From Felis catus (lineage: Eukaryota), in assembly GCF_018350175.1 (NCBI RefSeq), contig NC_058378.1, forward strand, positions 74,524,001 to 74,588,000: DNA of 64,000 nt, in the 5' to 3' direction. The notes beneath the pieces were generated by a model. It made no database searches. It was not told the DNA's origin and saw nothing but the letters and a program-made list of their open reading frames with translations. The position numbers were made by a program, and so were the translations under genes. Positions within the stretch are counted from its first letter, which is position 1. Each line of letters begins with the position of its first letter. Shown piece by piece: positions 48,863 through 61,649 of the stretch.

Positions 48863-50216
48863 GATCTGAAGATTTTCGGGTCTTTTTTTAAAAACCACAA
48901 GTTAAGTCTCCTTCAAAGATGTTTTGAAATGTAACTTTTTCTTCAAAAATGAAAACAAGAAATCTAAACCCCCTCCCGTTAACAACACAATGTATATGCT
49001 ATGTTTGGGATCACTGCTGGAACTGTTAGCAGAACAAATTACATCAATCATAACCCAATTAGTTAATATAAATTATCCTGCCCTCATTTTGTTTAAACAA
49101 ATGAGAAGAGTTGTTATCGTAGATTGGCTCCGATGGCAGAAAACTTTCATTTCTACTTTGCTTTCAGAGCTTTTTGCCTGAGAGGGGGCATTGGTCTTCA
49201 GGATAGAGTCTAGATATGGATATGCCCCTCTGATGGGTGAGCGGCCTTGGAATCTTTCTATATTTGGGAGATCGGACCCAGCCAGGAGGAAGACACAGGC
49301 TTCCTGCTTGTCATAAATACTCGCTTCCTAAGAATCATTCTCTAGCAAGCAGGAACCCAAAGACAGGATCGGGTGCCATTCAGCAACTGGAGGCGTCTTT
49401 CTGGGGAATGCTAAACTCACCCGAGAGCCTCAAAGACAGCCTGGACTGTTGGTTAAATCGGGGATCTGGTTGGGATCTGAACTCCTGGGCTGGACACCTG
49501 GTTCCATCACTTCTAAGCTGTGTAGCAGTGAATAAATTATTCACATTTTCTAAGGCAGCGGTCGTCCATCCTGCAGACCTCACGGAGCCATGGTCGGTTC
49601 TGTATTTCCTTCACGTTTGCTTCGCGAGCCCAATTTTCCAGGCAGAGGGACATCTGCTACACCACGCTGATGCAAGAGTGATTCTTGTAAATTCCGTTTT
49701 ATTATTTGTCTCTTCTGATGAAAGTGCTTTTTAAAAGTATTGTCTGTGTCAGGACTTGGAGGTGGCAAAAAGATGGAATGTTCATTTATTTCTTTTTTTG
49801 CGTGACTCCCTGACTGGTTCTCAAACCCATTGGCTGTGTGGCCCAAAGGAAAGAAAGTTGGGAGTGAGGGGGGTACAGGAGGAGATGGGAGAAATCTCTG
49901 GAAGAAAGTACTGGAGGGTCCTTTGCTCCGAGTGGGGAAAGGTCTTGGCCTACCCGCTGCCCGTTCTCGTTAGCGTTTCACGTCTGCCCAGGCCATTCCT
50001 TTCGTGGAAGAGGGCCACTCACTTTCTAAGATGCCAACATCTTAACGACACCATGACCGACATGCTACTCTGTTCCTCGGGCCTCCTTGAAAGTGGAGAG
50101 ACAAGTCCCAACATCAAATGCCCAGACACTGAAATCAGGGACAAAGAATGCCATAACGTTCTAGGACTGGACTTCTAAGACTAGAGCATATTTAACTTAG
50201 AAATCTTGTCTGCATG

Positions 50217-50412
50217 GTGGCACCTGGGTGGCACAGACAGTTGAATGTCGACTTCAGCTCAGGTCGTGACCTCGCGGTTCGTGAGTTCAAGCCCTGCATC
50301 GGGCTCTTTGCTGTCAGCACACAGCCTGCTTCAGATCCTCTGTCCCCTTCCCTCCCTGCCCCCCTCCCAACTCTTTCTTTCTCTCTCTCAAAAAGAAAGA
50401 AAGAAAGAAAGA
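50217..50412 (+). mobile_element. CanSINE with (GAAA)n tail
   Basis: GGCACCTGGGTGGC...GCTCAGGTCGTGACCTCGCGGTTCGTGAGTTCAAGCCC...CAGCCTGCTTCAGATCCTCTGTC. Confidence 0.92.
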
Positions 50413-51049
50413 TATTGAGCCCTACTTCTTTGTCAACCACTTACTCAGACCACCTCATCTCATCTTTCCAGCAAGCTTCTGAAGCAGAAGTTGCATGTAA
50501 CTGCTTCATAAAGAAGGCAAGGTTCCAGAGAGGCTGGCTAATTGGCCAAGATGCACAGCGAACGGTAGGGCCTGGATCCAAACTTGCGTCTCAGGCTCTG
50601 TCTTTCTGCTCCTGGTTCCGCATTTTTTTCCAGTTTGATAAATGCACCTGTCCTGACATCTCATCTGTAACAAATAAATAAATAAAGACCGAACGGAACG
50701 CGGTGCTCTGCTCCACAGGATCACCCTATTACAGGATTTCAAAGTGCTTTCAAAGTATTCAGAGAGGGCATGTCTTCCTTTAACCAGGCGTCGAACGTAA
50801 GTAGATGCTGTCTGCACTAAGGGTCCTTTGGGGGTCTTCAACTCCACTAGGAAAATGGTGTGAACCATGGATTCTCCAGAGAGATGCGCGTGTACACGAA
50901 CCTACAAACACTTGTCCAGAGGTTCCGGCTCCCAGGTGCCCGGAAGCCTGCGATGAAGCAGTTTTAAGGACTGGAAGTGTCCTCACTGCCCCAACTTCTC
51001 TTCTTTGGAGCTTTCCTAGAGACCAGCTTCCAAGGACACAAACTTCTAC

Positions 51050-51235
51050 TCATCGGTCAGATGTTTATTGAGTCCGCCAGGGACTGGACCGGGCACAGGG
51101 GACACAAGGGTAAAGGGATGTGACCATCGCTGTTGGGGCACTTACAAGCTAACGAGGAGAGAAGCAGGTAAGCAGACTGTGGAAGCGCGTCAGCGCAGTG
51201 GAGGAAACGCGGTAGCTGAGATGGACTGGGGAGAG
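51050..51235 (-). mobile_element. L2 3' fragment
   Basis: CAGATGTTTATTGAGT...GGGGACACAAGG...CTTACA, reverse complement of the L2 tail. Confidence 0.5.
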
Positions 51236-51294
51236 CGAAACGAGAGCCGGTCCTGCAGAGAAATCCAGATTGTCGAAACGGTGAACACAGTGGG

Positions 51295-51868
51295 CATTTA
51301 TCATTATTTTTGTGTGCCCAGCGTTTGAACCCCATCGTGTTCGTGGAGAAGACCACTGCCTAGAACAGGCAGACCCAGAACGATGCAGAGCCTTCTTCGT
51401 CCCATTGAAGCCTCAAGTTCCAAGATTCTGGTTTGCCAGCTTCCCCTGCACTTAGGGGCACAACCCGTGGCTTAATCTGCACCAATCCCGGGACGGGGAG
51501 TCCCCAGGCTTGAATCGGGAGCTGGTGCAGCATAAAGGTAGGTTCTAGCTAGTGGCCGGGATTCGGCAGCAACAGCAATGGCTGTACCCAGTCTCCAGAG
51601 ATGGCCGTCGCAGTGGCTCAAGCACAGCAGTGGACCCCCAGCAGAGGTGGGGGAAGCACTGCGTTACAACATAATGTGTCTGTGACTGCCATGGTGGCAC
51701 CCACCGGATTGGCTCCGTAGCCCCCCCTTGGGACTTGTGCTTGGCTGCCTGTCCCCAGCCACAGTTTCCGGGGCTCCCAGAGATATCGTGATTCGCCCTA
51801 CATCAGCTGAAGCTTAAGTGATCAAGTGTTAGTTTCTGTGCCTTGCCCTCGAAGACCCACCTGATGCA
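51295..51868 (+). mobile_element. MaLR solo LTR (MLT1I-like)
   Basis: CCAGCTTCCCCTGCACTTAGGG...CCAATC...TTGAATCGGGAGCTGGTG...GTTAGTTTCTGTGCCTTGC...CCTGATGCA resembles the recalled MLT1I layout. Confidence 0.6.
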
Positions 51869-52385
51869 ATGACTTGCTGTGACCAGCACAGAGCAGACTG
51901 GTAAATCTGGTGTGTGCCTTTGGACTCCCATGGGGATACCTAGTTAGTCCATAGGAAGTCTGATAGCCAACACCCAAAGTATGTCAATAGGAATAGAACT
52001 AGAACTTACTTATCACATTACCTGTTCTTTTTTTTGGGGGGGGGAGTTATTTTGCTTACCACTCACTTTCCTGAACATCGGTCTCTAGGCTTTTATATTT
52101 GTAAATTTTCTGCTTGTGATCTCTCCACTCTCATTTTAGACTCGACTAGAGAGTGCAGATGACACCTGTGTAGTGAGTGCCTAACGAGATTCACACAGCG
52201 GGGGCAGTGGGGCTACTATATGGAAATATAAGATATAGTCCCTGCTCTGAGGGCCCTTAAGATTTGGTTAAGATAAGACATGTACATATGTCAAGATAAA
52301 AACCCAATTCCATGAATGCTGTTCCGTAAGCGACACACACAAAAAAGCAAGTAATTACATCACATAATCATGACGTGGTTTGAAG

Positions 52386-52690
52386 TGTTGGGGTTCAGAA
52401 CCCACAGCCAAGAAAGAATTCTTCAGATGTTTTCTGTGCAAAAAGATGGTTTTATTAAAGCACGGGGACAGGACTCATGGTCAGAAAGAACTGCATTATA
52501 AGTATGAGGAGTGACTGATTATGGAAGATTCTCCATCCTATGGAGCGAAGGGTGACGTCAGGGTCCCAGGAAATTGAATCTATAGGTTTCTGGATGTTTG
52601 CCTATTGATATAATCGCTTTTTTTCTTTGTATATCATTAAGACAGCTGTAAATTGATAGAGACTCAGGTCCTATATGACTGTGACACAAT
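52386..52690 (-). mobile_element. Carnivore-specific ERV1 LTR (CarLTR1-like), partial or solo
   Basis: TGTTGGGGTTCAGA...CCAAGAAAGAATTCTT...GTGCAAAAAG...TTTTATTAAAGCACGGGGACAGGAC, with AATAAA on the minus strand. Confidence 0.8.
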
Positions 52691-54171
52691 AAATCAAGTA
52701 ATATTGTATAACCATAGGAACGGAATCTGTAGACTCTAAGCATTCTAAAATAGCCTCATATTGAAGTCAGCTCAAGACTTAGCAGCTAAGTTGGACACAC
52801 TTTGACAGTTTGCTTTGACAATTAAGTTACAGGTCATTGTCAACAATAATCACATAGCAAGATTTTTGTCTGGCCCCTTACCCATCGCCTCAGCTCAAGA
52901 AAATTGTCACTGATGACATCCACAAAGGCACAAGGCAGGCGGGCCAGAGGGAGAATCCTTTTGGGTTCCGTTTTGACGTTAAGTTCTCCAGAGATCTTGC
53001 TTTAGGACGAGCTTTCGTGTACCCGTCATCTGACTGTTACAGAGACTTATTAGCCTTAAAATCTCTCCTTCGTTGGCTCCCAGAAAAACCTAAGAACAGG
53101 AAAAGGATGAGAACTGCAGGGTGAATTAGAAGCACATTAATCAAGTTTTGAAAGAGAAGCTCGTGCAAGTTTGTCCCTGGATGGTGTCATTGACACGCTA
53201 TTTTTTTGTTGTTGTTCTTAGCACCAAATTTAAAATAAAAGTTTACGAAAAACCCAAGTGGAAATAGATTATATGAGCCTTGCATTTAGAGGTGCCATCT
53301 CTTCAAGTTTTCACCCTCTAAGAGTGTTAATATCTTCTGCGCAAAGACACCGTTTGTCAGCATTTTCTGTCGTTCAGAGTTACCAAACAGTTCATTTTTT
53401 ATTCTTTGGCCTAAGTCAGCTGAAATTCCCTGAGTGCAGACGTCTTGAGTTTTGTGTGTGTTTTCAGTCACCTCCTTGTTTGGGGGGAATTTCCTTTCCA
53501 AAGCCTATTAGGAGAAGGGACAGAATTTGGAACTGACCTATGTGTAGTTATCCAAGAAATTTTGAGGGAAGGGGGAAGGTGCAGAGGATTAGACTCTCTT
53601 GGAGAATGGTTGGTATCTATCTTTATGAATAAGCTCAGCAAGACTTAAATGAGTTTTAAAGGCCCTCATAAAAGAGCTGGGGAAAGTCACTGGGGGAGGA
53701 AAAATACAATATTTCTATTGCAACTGCCAGTGATCTTTATAAACCCTAATTAAGCCCTGCTGGGGTATAAAATATCCCAACTTTTATAAATGACTCTGTC
53801 AACTGGACAATATGCAATACTTAAATTCCCACAAGATTCACATTCATTTTCAATAGCATTTTAGTGAAGGGAAGAATATAAATATTCAGTTGGAATAGTA
53901 TTTCACTCGAAGAAGAAAATAATCTATGATTTATTTCCGTACCAAGGCGCACAGCTCTGGTTTCTTAGAGTTTGGCTCCTCGTCTTGGATCGGCAAAGGA
54001 AAACCACACAGTGTTGATGTTGATGGTGACACTGTCATTACTGCTTTTAAGCCAGCTGCTGTTCCCTGGCTTTTTCCCACCATCAGGGTAGGGTTTAAAA
54101 TTCACAAAATTATTTTTTTCCTTCAGCCACTGCATTAGTTATGCAAAATTTTTCAAATATGTCTTAACAGC

Positions 54172-54378
54172 AGCCCCTGGGTGGCTCAGGAGGCTAAGCA
54201 TCTGACTCTCGGTTTTAGCTCAGGTCATGATCTCCCGTTTCATGGGTGTGAGTCCGGCATTGGGCTCTATGCTGACAGCGCAGAGCCTGCTTGGGATTCT
54301 CTCTCCCTTTCTGTCTGTCCCTTCCCTGCTTGCCCGTGCCCTCTCTCTCTCAAAATAAATAAATAAACACTTTAAAAA
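54172..54378 (+). mobile_element. Older CanSINE
   Basis: CCTGGGTGGCTCAG...GAGCCTGCTTGGGATTCTCTCTC...AAAATAAATAAATAAAC. Confidence 0.92.
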
Positions 54379-54389
54379 TACTTCTTTAA

Positions 54390-54601
54390 GGGGTGCCTGG
54401 GTGGCTCCGTCGGTTGAGCGTCCGACTTCAACTCAGGTCATGGTCTCGCGGTTTGTGGGTTCGAGCCCTGCATCGGGCTCTGTGCTGACGGCTCAGAGCC
54501 TGGAGCCTGCTTCCGATTCTGTGTCTCCCTCTCTCTCTGCCCCTCCCCCACTCACGCTCTGTCTCTGTCTCAAAAATAAATAAACATTAAAAAAAATTTT
54601 T
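54390..54601 (+). mobile_element. CanSINE (SINEC_Fc2-like) inserted in the tail of the previous SINE
   Basis: TSD AATACTTCTTTAA at 54377-54389 and 54602-54614. Confidence 0.96.
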
Positions 54602-54720
54602 AATACTTCTTTAAAAGAATAAAAGATGTTTTTCCAAGGATCATTGATCAAGATTAAAACATAGTAACACTGTGCCTATTTTCAAAGGTAAAAAGAAAAT
54701 GAAGCAACCTACAGTGAAAG

Positions 54721-54860
54721 ACAAAAAAGAAAGAAAGAAGGAAAGGAAAAGAAAGGAAAGGACAGGACAGGAAAGGAAAGGAAGGAAAAGAGAAAAGAGA
54801 AGAGAAAATGAAAGAAAAGGAAAGAGAAGGAAAAGGAAAAGGAAAAGAAAAGAACCAAAA
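54721..54860. repeat. Polypurine (GAAA/GGAAA)n low-complexity tract
   Basis: About 140 nt of almost exclusively A/G. Confidence 0.95.
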
Positions 54861-55509
54861 AGCACATGGATACCTGGTGGAAAGCATGCAGGGCTAAAGT
54901 GGTCACAAGTCCTGGACAAAAAATGTTTATCCATTAAAACAAAATGGGTAAAATCAACACGATTTTTAAAACGATCTCCCTTTTAAAAATGGCATGCACG
55001 TTTGAGAAGACCTGACAGCAATCTCGTCCGTGAACATGACCAGGGAACATTTATGAAGGTAACATGCCTGAGCCGCTTTCCCAAAAAAAGAGGAAATCTG
55101 TGCAGTGAAAGGAGGCTAAATGCTAGAGAAGCAGTGAGCAGTGCATTGGGCGCTGCAGTGTCCTTGGCTGTGCTTAACTTCCAGCCAAAAAGAGGTGGAG
55201 AAGGAATGGAAGCAGACGTAATCTGCGGACTGCCAGGTACTCCGGGGGCTTCGCACAGTAACCTGAAGATTTAGGCCCACGAAGGGCAGCACTGGTTAAG
55301 CCATGCCAGCGGGGTGACACTTTGTTGAAGCTCTTTTACTTCCCTTGGCTGGGAATTCATACCTGCCCATGGATTATCTTTTTGATTATGACTTGGCTTC
55401 CCATGGGAATTCTTACCACCACCTCCACACCCACTCATCGTCCTGGCTCCCATTTGGTTACTGCTTCTGCCATGCTCTGTCCTCCCTTTCCTGGGATGAA
55501 TACCTGTGC

Positions 55510-55682
55510 AACATGTCCCCACAGTCCTTAGAGGTAGGTACTATGACTATCTCCATCTTACAGAGGAGAAAGCAGGCACAGAAAAGTGAAGTAATTGCCC
55601 AAAGTCGCAGACTGAATAAGGAGCAGAGCTGGGTCTTGAGCCCAGACTCAAGTCCAAATACTATGCTCTCACCCACTCTTTG
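55510..55682 (-). mobile_element. MIR
   Basis: GAGGTAGGTACTAT...CCATCTTACAGAGGAGAAAGCAGGCACAGAAAAGTGAAGTAATTGCCCAAAGTC...GCAGAGCTGGG. Confidence 0.8.
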
Positions 55683-55892
55683 GTACTGATCATCTTGGCT
55701 GTTTGTAGGAATATTCCACACAGTGGGCAACTGTTATCATTAGTAGCATTCAGTGTTGGCCTCTTGTGAAGTTGGTTCACTTGGGACAGTGTCCAAGAGA
55801 CCAATGAACTGTAGTTTATTATTCTGGAAAATATCTTTTTGGTTGCTTGCAAGTACATTTCATGAAATAGGCATTCAATAATGTTAGTTATT

Positions 55893-56097
55893 AAAAATGT
55901 TTTAAGGTTTATTTATTTTTGAGAGCGAGAGAGAAAGACAGAGCATGAGTGGGGAGAGGCAGATACAGAATCCAAAGCAGGCTCCATGCTCTGAGCTGTC
56001 AGCACAGAGCCTGATGTGGGGCTCGAACCCAAGAACCATGAGGTCATGACCTGAGCCAAAATCAGACACTTAACCAACTGAGCTACCCAGATGCCCC
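55893..56097 (-). mobile_element. CanSINE
   Basis: Full body. Near-TSD AATGTTA(GT/AC)TATT. Confidence 0.94.
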
Positions 56098-56651
56098 AAA
56101 TGTTAACTATTGTTAGCTAACATGATCATTAGTATTCTCAGCATTATTGGTTTCTGATGAGTTTAGTTAGCGTGACATAGTCTAGAAGAGAATAATCATT
56201 TCTGGTTTATTGTTCTAGAGAGTACGCAGTTTCTAGGACAACCAGGCTGAGGACCAGACTTGGTCTGAGTTTCTGTTGCAGAGTCATCCTCGGAAATCTG
56301 CCTAAGCATGTCTGTGACTCTTCTTTACCTCAGGTTTTTACAAAACAATTCGTAATCAAGATGGCTAAAATAAAGTTGAATAAGATTAGAAATTATGCGT
56401 AAAGTAAAATAATTATATAATTATACTGAATAATAACAGTAATGAAATACAGATTTTAGTTGGAGAATAAATCTAGTTCTGAGCTTCCTGATAGCCACGG
56501 TGAAAAGGAAAATCCAGCAAGATACATACCTTTAATTGGTAAAAGTAGTTTATCACTTCTTGAGAAGGGATAAACTTTCTGGTACTGAGTCTTAGAGTTT
56601 ATTATGTACATCCTCATCAAATAACAATAGGGGAATGAATCTCATCAAAAA

Positions 56652-56890
56652 GTAATTTTTTGTTTTTTGGGTTTTTAAAAATTTTTTTTCTTAATCTTTA
56701 TTTATTTTTGAGAGAGAGACGGAGTGTGAGCAGGGGAGGAGCAGAGAGAGAGGGAGACACAGATTCTGAACCAGCCTCCAGGCTCTGAGCTGCCAGCACA
56801 GAGCCCTACATGGGGCTCGAACTCACAAACCGTGAGATCATGACCTGAGCCGAAATCGGACGCTCAACCAACTGAGCCACCTAGGCGCCC
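56652..56890 (-). mobile_element. CanSINE (SINEC_Fc2-like)
   Basis: TSD CTCATCAAAAA at 56641-56651 and 56891-56901. Confidence 0.95.
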
Positions 56891-57367
56891 CTCATCAAAA
56901 ACCAGTTTTATGAAAGATCCAGACATGTTGTTCATATTGATGCTTCTAATTCCAACTGATGATAGAAAGGTAGACACAGCGTTGAGTTTCAGGACGGTTT
57001 AGTGGAGGTTGTGTCTACACTGGAGTCTGGTACAATGATTTGCCATCACCTTAGAGCATAAGAGACTGAGAAGAACATGACTGAGGTATCTCCATCAAGC
57101 ATCTCGAGTTTCAGTCATGCCTTTGATGGGCAATACAGAGTATCCATTCAACAATGAGCTGGCTGGTTAAGAGTTGGTTGCAGAGAGTTCTAGTCTTGTG
57201 AATGCCAAGTGGGGATTGGCTCACAAGACTGATTTTGTTATGCTTATTAAGAAGCCCAACACGCATTTTTTTTCTCAACAGAGGACAATTTTAATTATAT
57301 TTGTAGTGAATATCTGAGAGAGTATTTCAATACCTCATGTAGCTATGAACACATTAGAATGAATTTC

Positions 57368-57498
57368 TCTACAGTTTTTCTATATAGCTTTAAATAATTT
57401 CTCCTACTTAACAAAGCATGTGTATATATATTTAATAATAAATCTGTTTATATTTATATCTATAGCTCTATATATCCATCTTCATATATAGGTATATA

Positions 57499-57539
<41 letters not shown>

Positions 57540-58524
57540 CTGTGTGTATGTATTTTGATTCCATATAAGATTCTTTGAATTTCCTTGCTCAAGTTTGAAA
57601 ACTACCGACTCATTATTAATTATTATGATTTCTGCCCAAAGTTTTATCCTCTAAGTTTGAGGCATTTAATTCAACCATATTTTAATTGTTGTCAGAACAA
57701 TTTGTTATTATGCTAAATTTAAAGTATTTATTTATTATGCTAAAATAGACATTCTCATCCACAATTCTCTATGTTCCTCTTGACAGGCCTCCAGATAAAT
57801 GCAGAGAAGTGGAATGGCTGATTCAAAGGATGGAAAGTTTTAGAACTTTTGGTACAGATTTTCCAGAAGAACTAAGTGCCAATCGCTCCCTCCAGCAGTG
57901 GGCTTGCCTGACTTTGCGACTTATGCCTAGTAACAGTCAGGCTGATTTCCATTTTCTGGGCACCGGTGCTCTGCCCACAGTTTATAGTCGTGTCTCCTAT
58001 AGTCCCACCAACAACCTTGCAAGGTTGGCCTTCTTTCCCCACGCAAACAAGAGCGAAGCTCAAAGAGACCCAGTTGGGGGGCGCCTGGGTGGCGCAGTCG
58101 GTTAAGCGTCCGACGTCAGCCAGGTCACGATCTCGCGGTCCGTGGGTTCAAGCCCCATGTCAGGCTCTGGGCTGATGGCTCGGAGCCTGGAGCCTGTTTC
58201 CGATTCTGTGTCTCCCTCTCTCTCTGCCCCTCCCCCGTTCATGCTCTGTCTCCCTCTGTCCCAAAAATAAATAAACGTTGAAAAAAAAAATTAAAAAAAA
58301 AAAAAAAAGAGACCCAGTTGGGCAGAGTTACAAAGCAAGGAACAAGGCGTGCTGGAATTGGAAGTCACTTCAGAGTCTATCTGGCCTGTCTGCGTCCCAC
58401 ACTCAAACTACAGGTGGCTCCTTACTCAGAGAGGGAATAACCTGTTCTCTCATTCTGTTCCCATCCTATCTCGGGTGGGTTCTATTTCCAGAGTGTACTT
58501 GAGCCTCACAGGGCTTCCCTGTCC
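57368..58524 (+). repeat. Left arm of inverted duplication (near-identical core 57790-58358; contains (TG)n at ~57503-57537)
   Basis: Reverse-complement match to 61650-62781. Core is 323/325 identical after removing the SINE and one TSD copy. Confidence 0.93.
58078..58305 (+). mobile_element. Young feline CanSINE (SINEC_Fc1-like) inside the inverted-repeat core
   Basis: Perfect 16-bp TSD AAAGAGACCCAGTTGG at 58062-58077 and 58306-58321. The empty site is visible in the right arm (CCAACTGGGTCTCTTT, ~61926-61941). Confidence 0.98.
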
Positions 58525-60067
58525 TGCTCCATTCTGTTTAGAATGAGCTTCTGAATCTACGTATTATGAGGTCCTCCTGGCTTTGATTGACAGGCAATAT
58601 CTTTTAAAGTGAAAAGTATTATGTTTGGGTCTTCCTTTAGATGGTGAATATAAGATCAGGGCTCCTCCGTCCTGTCTGGGCCGCAAGCCAGCACAGATCT
58701 TGAGTTAGCTTTGCGTCCTGCTTCGAGGCCCCAGCCACAGAAAGGGCAGGAGAGGATGGGGGAAGTGGCAGCAATTATATTAATTAAAATAAAATACTAA
58801 CTTTCTTTTGGTCTCTTATTCAGCAATAATTCACTTAGCGGAATTAGTTCTTTTTTACTTAGAGCAATGGGCCTGACTCATGGGTGTCTCTGCAAGCCAG
58901 ATTTCATGGTCTGTGTCAGAAATCTCTCTCTAAATTCTTATAAGTTGTGTTTCCTTCTATACAATGCATTTTTGAATGCCCACGGGGCTTATCCATCAAA
59001 CTCCCTCGGCTGGCTGACGTTTCTTTCTCTTCCCACCCCCAAGTTTGGAGAACACAGATCACTTTAAATGCTGGATTAAGTCCAACCCGTAAGATCCAAA
59101 GCACAGAACTCAGACTAACACGACCTATCTTGGCAGAGGCGCATCATGGCCGCCGGTCCCACCGTCTTGCTGGCTGGCTCCAGAGTCACCCCAGGGCCCC
59201 CTTCTCCTGCCTGACTCTGATCTTTACCATTTTGGCCCCTTGAGGAACCAGCCCCACCGCCACGGATGCCCCTCTATTTCAGCTTCCAGAGTTCAGCTTG
59301 GGGTAACTCCCCTTCCTCTGAATTCATCACTAACTCAGACTTTCCTCCTCCCCTGACGTCCCTGTTAACTGCCTTTTAACCCCCGGGCCAGAGAGAAGCT
59401 TACCTGTCCATCCAACAGTGGTTCATCCCAGCCCCAACTCTCCTGTTCCATGCCAATACTGATAAAGACAGAGGCTTCTGAAGAGTGACATTCTGGGATC
59501 GATGAGCCCCTTCAGAGAGAGAATGTCTCCCACACATGAGAATTCTCGGGCTAATGCTATCACTCCCATGCCCCCTGTGCTCATGGCACTTAAATTTTAT
59601 ACCTCAGACGTTCTAGCAAGTTCCTAAAAGGAATCACAAGTCAGGCAAATGTCAACCTTCAAATTAATTTAAAAATCTTCTTTTCCCTCACACCATACAC
59701 AAAAACAAACTCCAAATGGGTGAGAGATTTACATGTAAAACATGAAACCTTACATGGACTGGGGTAAAGCACAGGTGACTTTCATTAGATAACTTGGATG
59801 CGGGAAAGGTTTTCCAACAATGACTCCAAATCCAGATGTAACAAAGAAAACAGTGAGTTAAAACTTTGTTTTGTGTGTGAAAAGGATCATAAGTCAAAAC
59901 ACAAATGTTAAACTGGAATAGCATACTGTAGCTGCCACATAGATCACAGACAAAGGTTTACTACCTCTTATATATAAAGAACTCTTAAGAATTATGGGGA
60001 AAAAAGAGTAAACTTGACAGGAAAATGGGCAAAAGAGATAAACAGAAAATTTACAAAAATTAAATAA

Positions 60068-60093
60068 ATGTATATATATATATATATATACAA

Positions 60094-60144
<51 letters not shown>

Positions 60145-60154
60145 AATGTATATA
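60068..60154. repeat. Compound (TA)n microsatellite with repeated AAATGTATATA units
   Basis: Directly visible. Confidence 0.95.
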
Positions 60155-60509
60155 CTATTGACCTTTGAATAATGTGGGGATTAGGGGCACCAAACCCCTG
60201 CAGAGTATAAAACTCATGTATAACTTTTCACTCCCCCCAAACTTAACTACAAATAGCCTATTATTGATGGAAAGCCTTATCGATGACATAAACAGTCCAT
60301 TAACACATATTTTGTGTGTTACATGTACTCTGTACTATAGTCCTATAATAAAGTAAGCTACAGAAAAAAGGCGCTATTAATGTTATAAGGAAGATAAAAT
60401 ACATTTATAGTGATGCACACATGGGGAAAAATCCATGTATACATGGGAGAAAAATCCACGTCTAAGTGGACCCCCACAGTTCACACCCGTGTTCTTCAAG
60501 GGCCATCTG
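60155..60509. mobile_element. Tigger2-family non-autonomous transposon inserted in the L1
   Basis: Degenerate TIRs CTATTGACCTTTGAATAATGTGGG and CCCGTGTTCTTCAAGGGCCATCTG. Internal ACTTAACTAC-AATAGCCTA and AATAAAGTAAGCTA. Preceded by TA. Confidence 0.85.
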
Positions 60510-61649
60510 TGCAGAAATGACTCTTACACATCTAAGACACATTGAACTTCACTTACGCTAAGAAAAATGCAAATTAGAACTGCACAGAGATGCAACTTCT
60601 CCTGAATAGGATAGGCAAAATGTCAAAACTTTGATAACATCTTCCTGATGAGGCTTTGAGGAAATGGATACTCACACACTGCTAGAGGGTGACATCTAAT
60701 TATGTACACACTTGCCAACTGGCCTAGAAATCCAACTTCTAGAAACTTACCCTGAAGATATACCCCCAGGAATACCAAACAAATTATGCAGAAAACTATT
60801 CCTTGAAGTCGCAATTTATAACAGCAAATTATTAGAAGGCGTCTAAATGCCAATACTTAGGAGAATGGCTGAGAAAACAATGATACAGACTCACAGGGAA
60901 GTAATTTGCAGATGTTTAAAAAAGAGGAATGAAGATTTATATGAACTGATAGATAATAACTTTCAGGATATGTTGTTAAGTGAGGAAGAAAGCAAGGTGG
61001 AGAAGAATATATATTTATATGGAAATATATATAATATATATGGAATGTGCTAGATGTGCATAAGACAGAAAGAAAAGTAAGATTTCTCCCCAAAAGAAAT
61101 ACATAAAGAAGCATAAGCCAGAAATGAGTCAAATGGGCTATTTACTAGAGGTGGATGGGATCACAGTTGAAGGGATGAAGAGAAGATCAAATTTTTAGTG
61201 GTGTATAGTGTTGACTTTTGAATCATGTTTATACTCACACATAGAATTAAATCAGAAACAATGGCAATACAAGTGGGAATAAATCGATATAACTGGATAT
61301 GAAATTGATGACGTAATCAAACAGAAGGAAAAAAAAAGTTAAGCTAAACACGTTTGGAGCGTATTCCTGACTGCACACCATTAATGCTGAGGACGTAAAG
61401 GAATCCAACTTGACTCAGTAGATTCGTTGTTCGTAGCGGTGCTGGTAGAGTGTTTCTGAATGTTGCATTGTAGGACTGAGAAAATAAGTAAGCATACTGA
61501 TGTTGCCCAGAACCAGTGTCTCCCCTGTGGATAAAGGGAGATAAAGAATAAGAAAAGAGGAGCATCATATGATTTTGGATTAGACTTGGAGGTATCATGT
61601 GTGTGGGGGAGGGTAGGTCCTGTTCATATACCCCTGTACGAGGTGTGGG

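Larger units (their letters stand above)
59686..61597 (+). mobile_element. Old L1 (L1MC4-like) ORF2 end and proximal 3' UTR
   Basis: CCTCACACCATACACAAAAACAAACTCCAAATGG, AAATGCAAATTAGAAC, TTCAGGATATGTTGTTAAGTGA, ...TTGGATTAGACTTGGAGGTATCA. Confidence 0.82.

Noticed and set aside
54641-54986. Lys/Arg-rich and Phe/Leu/Ser-rich ORFs
   Set aside because: Translation of the polypurine low-complexity tract.
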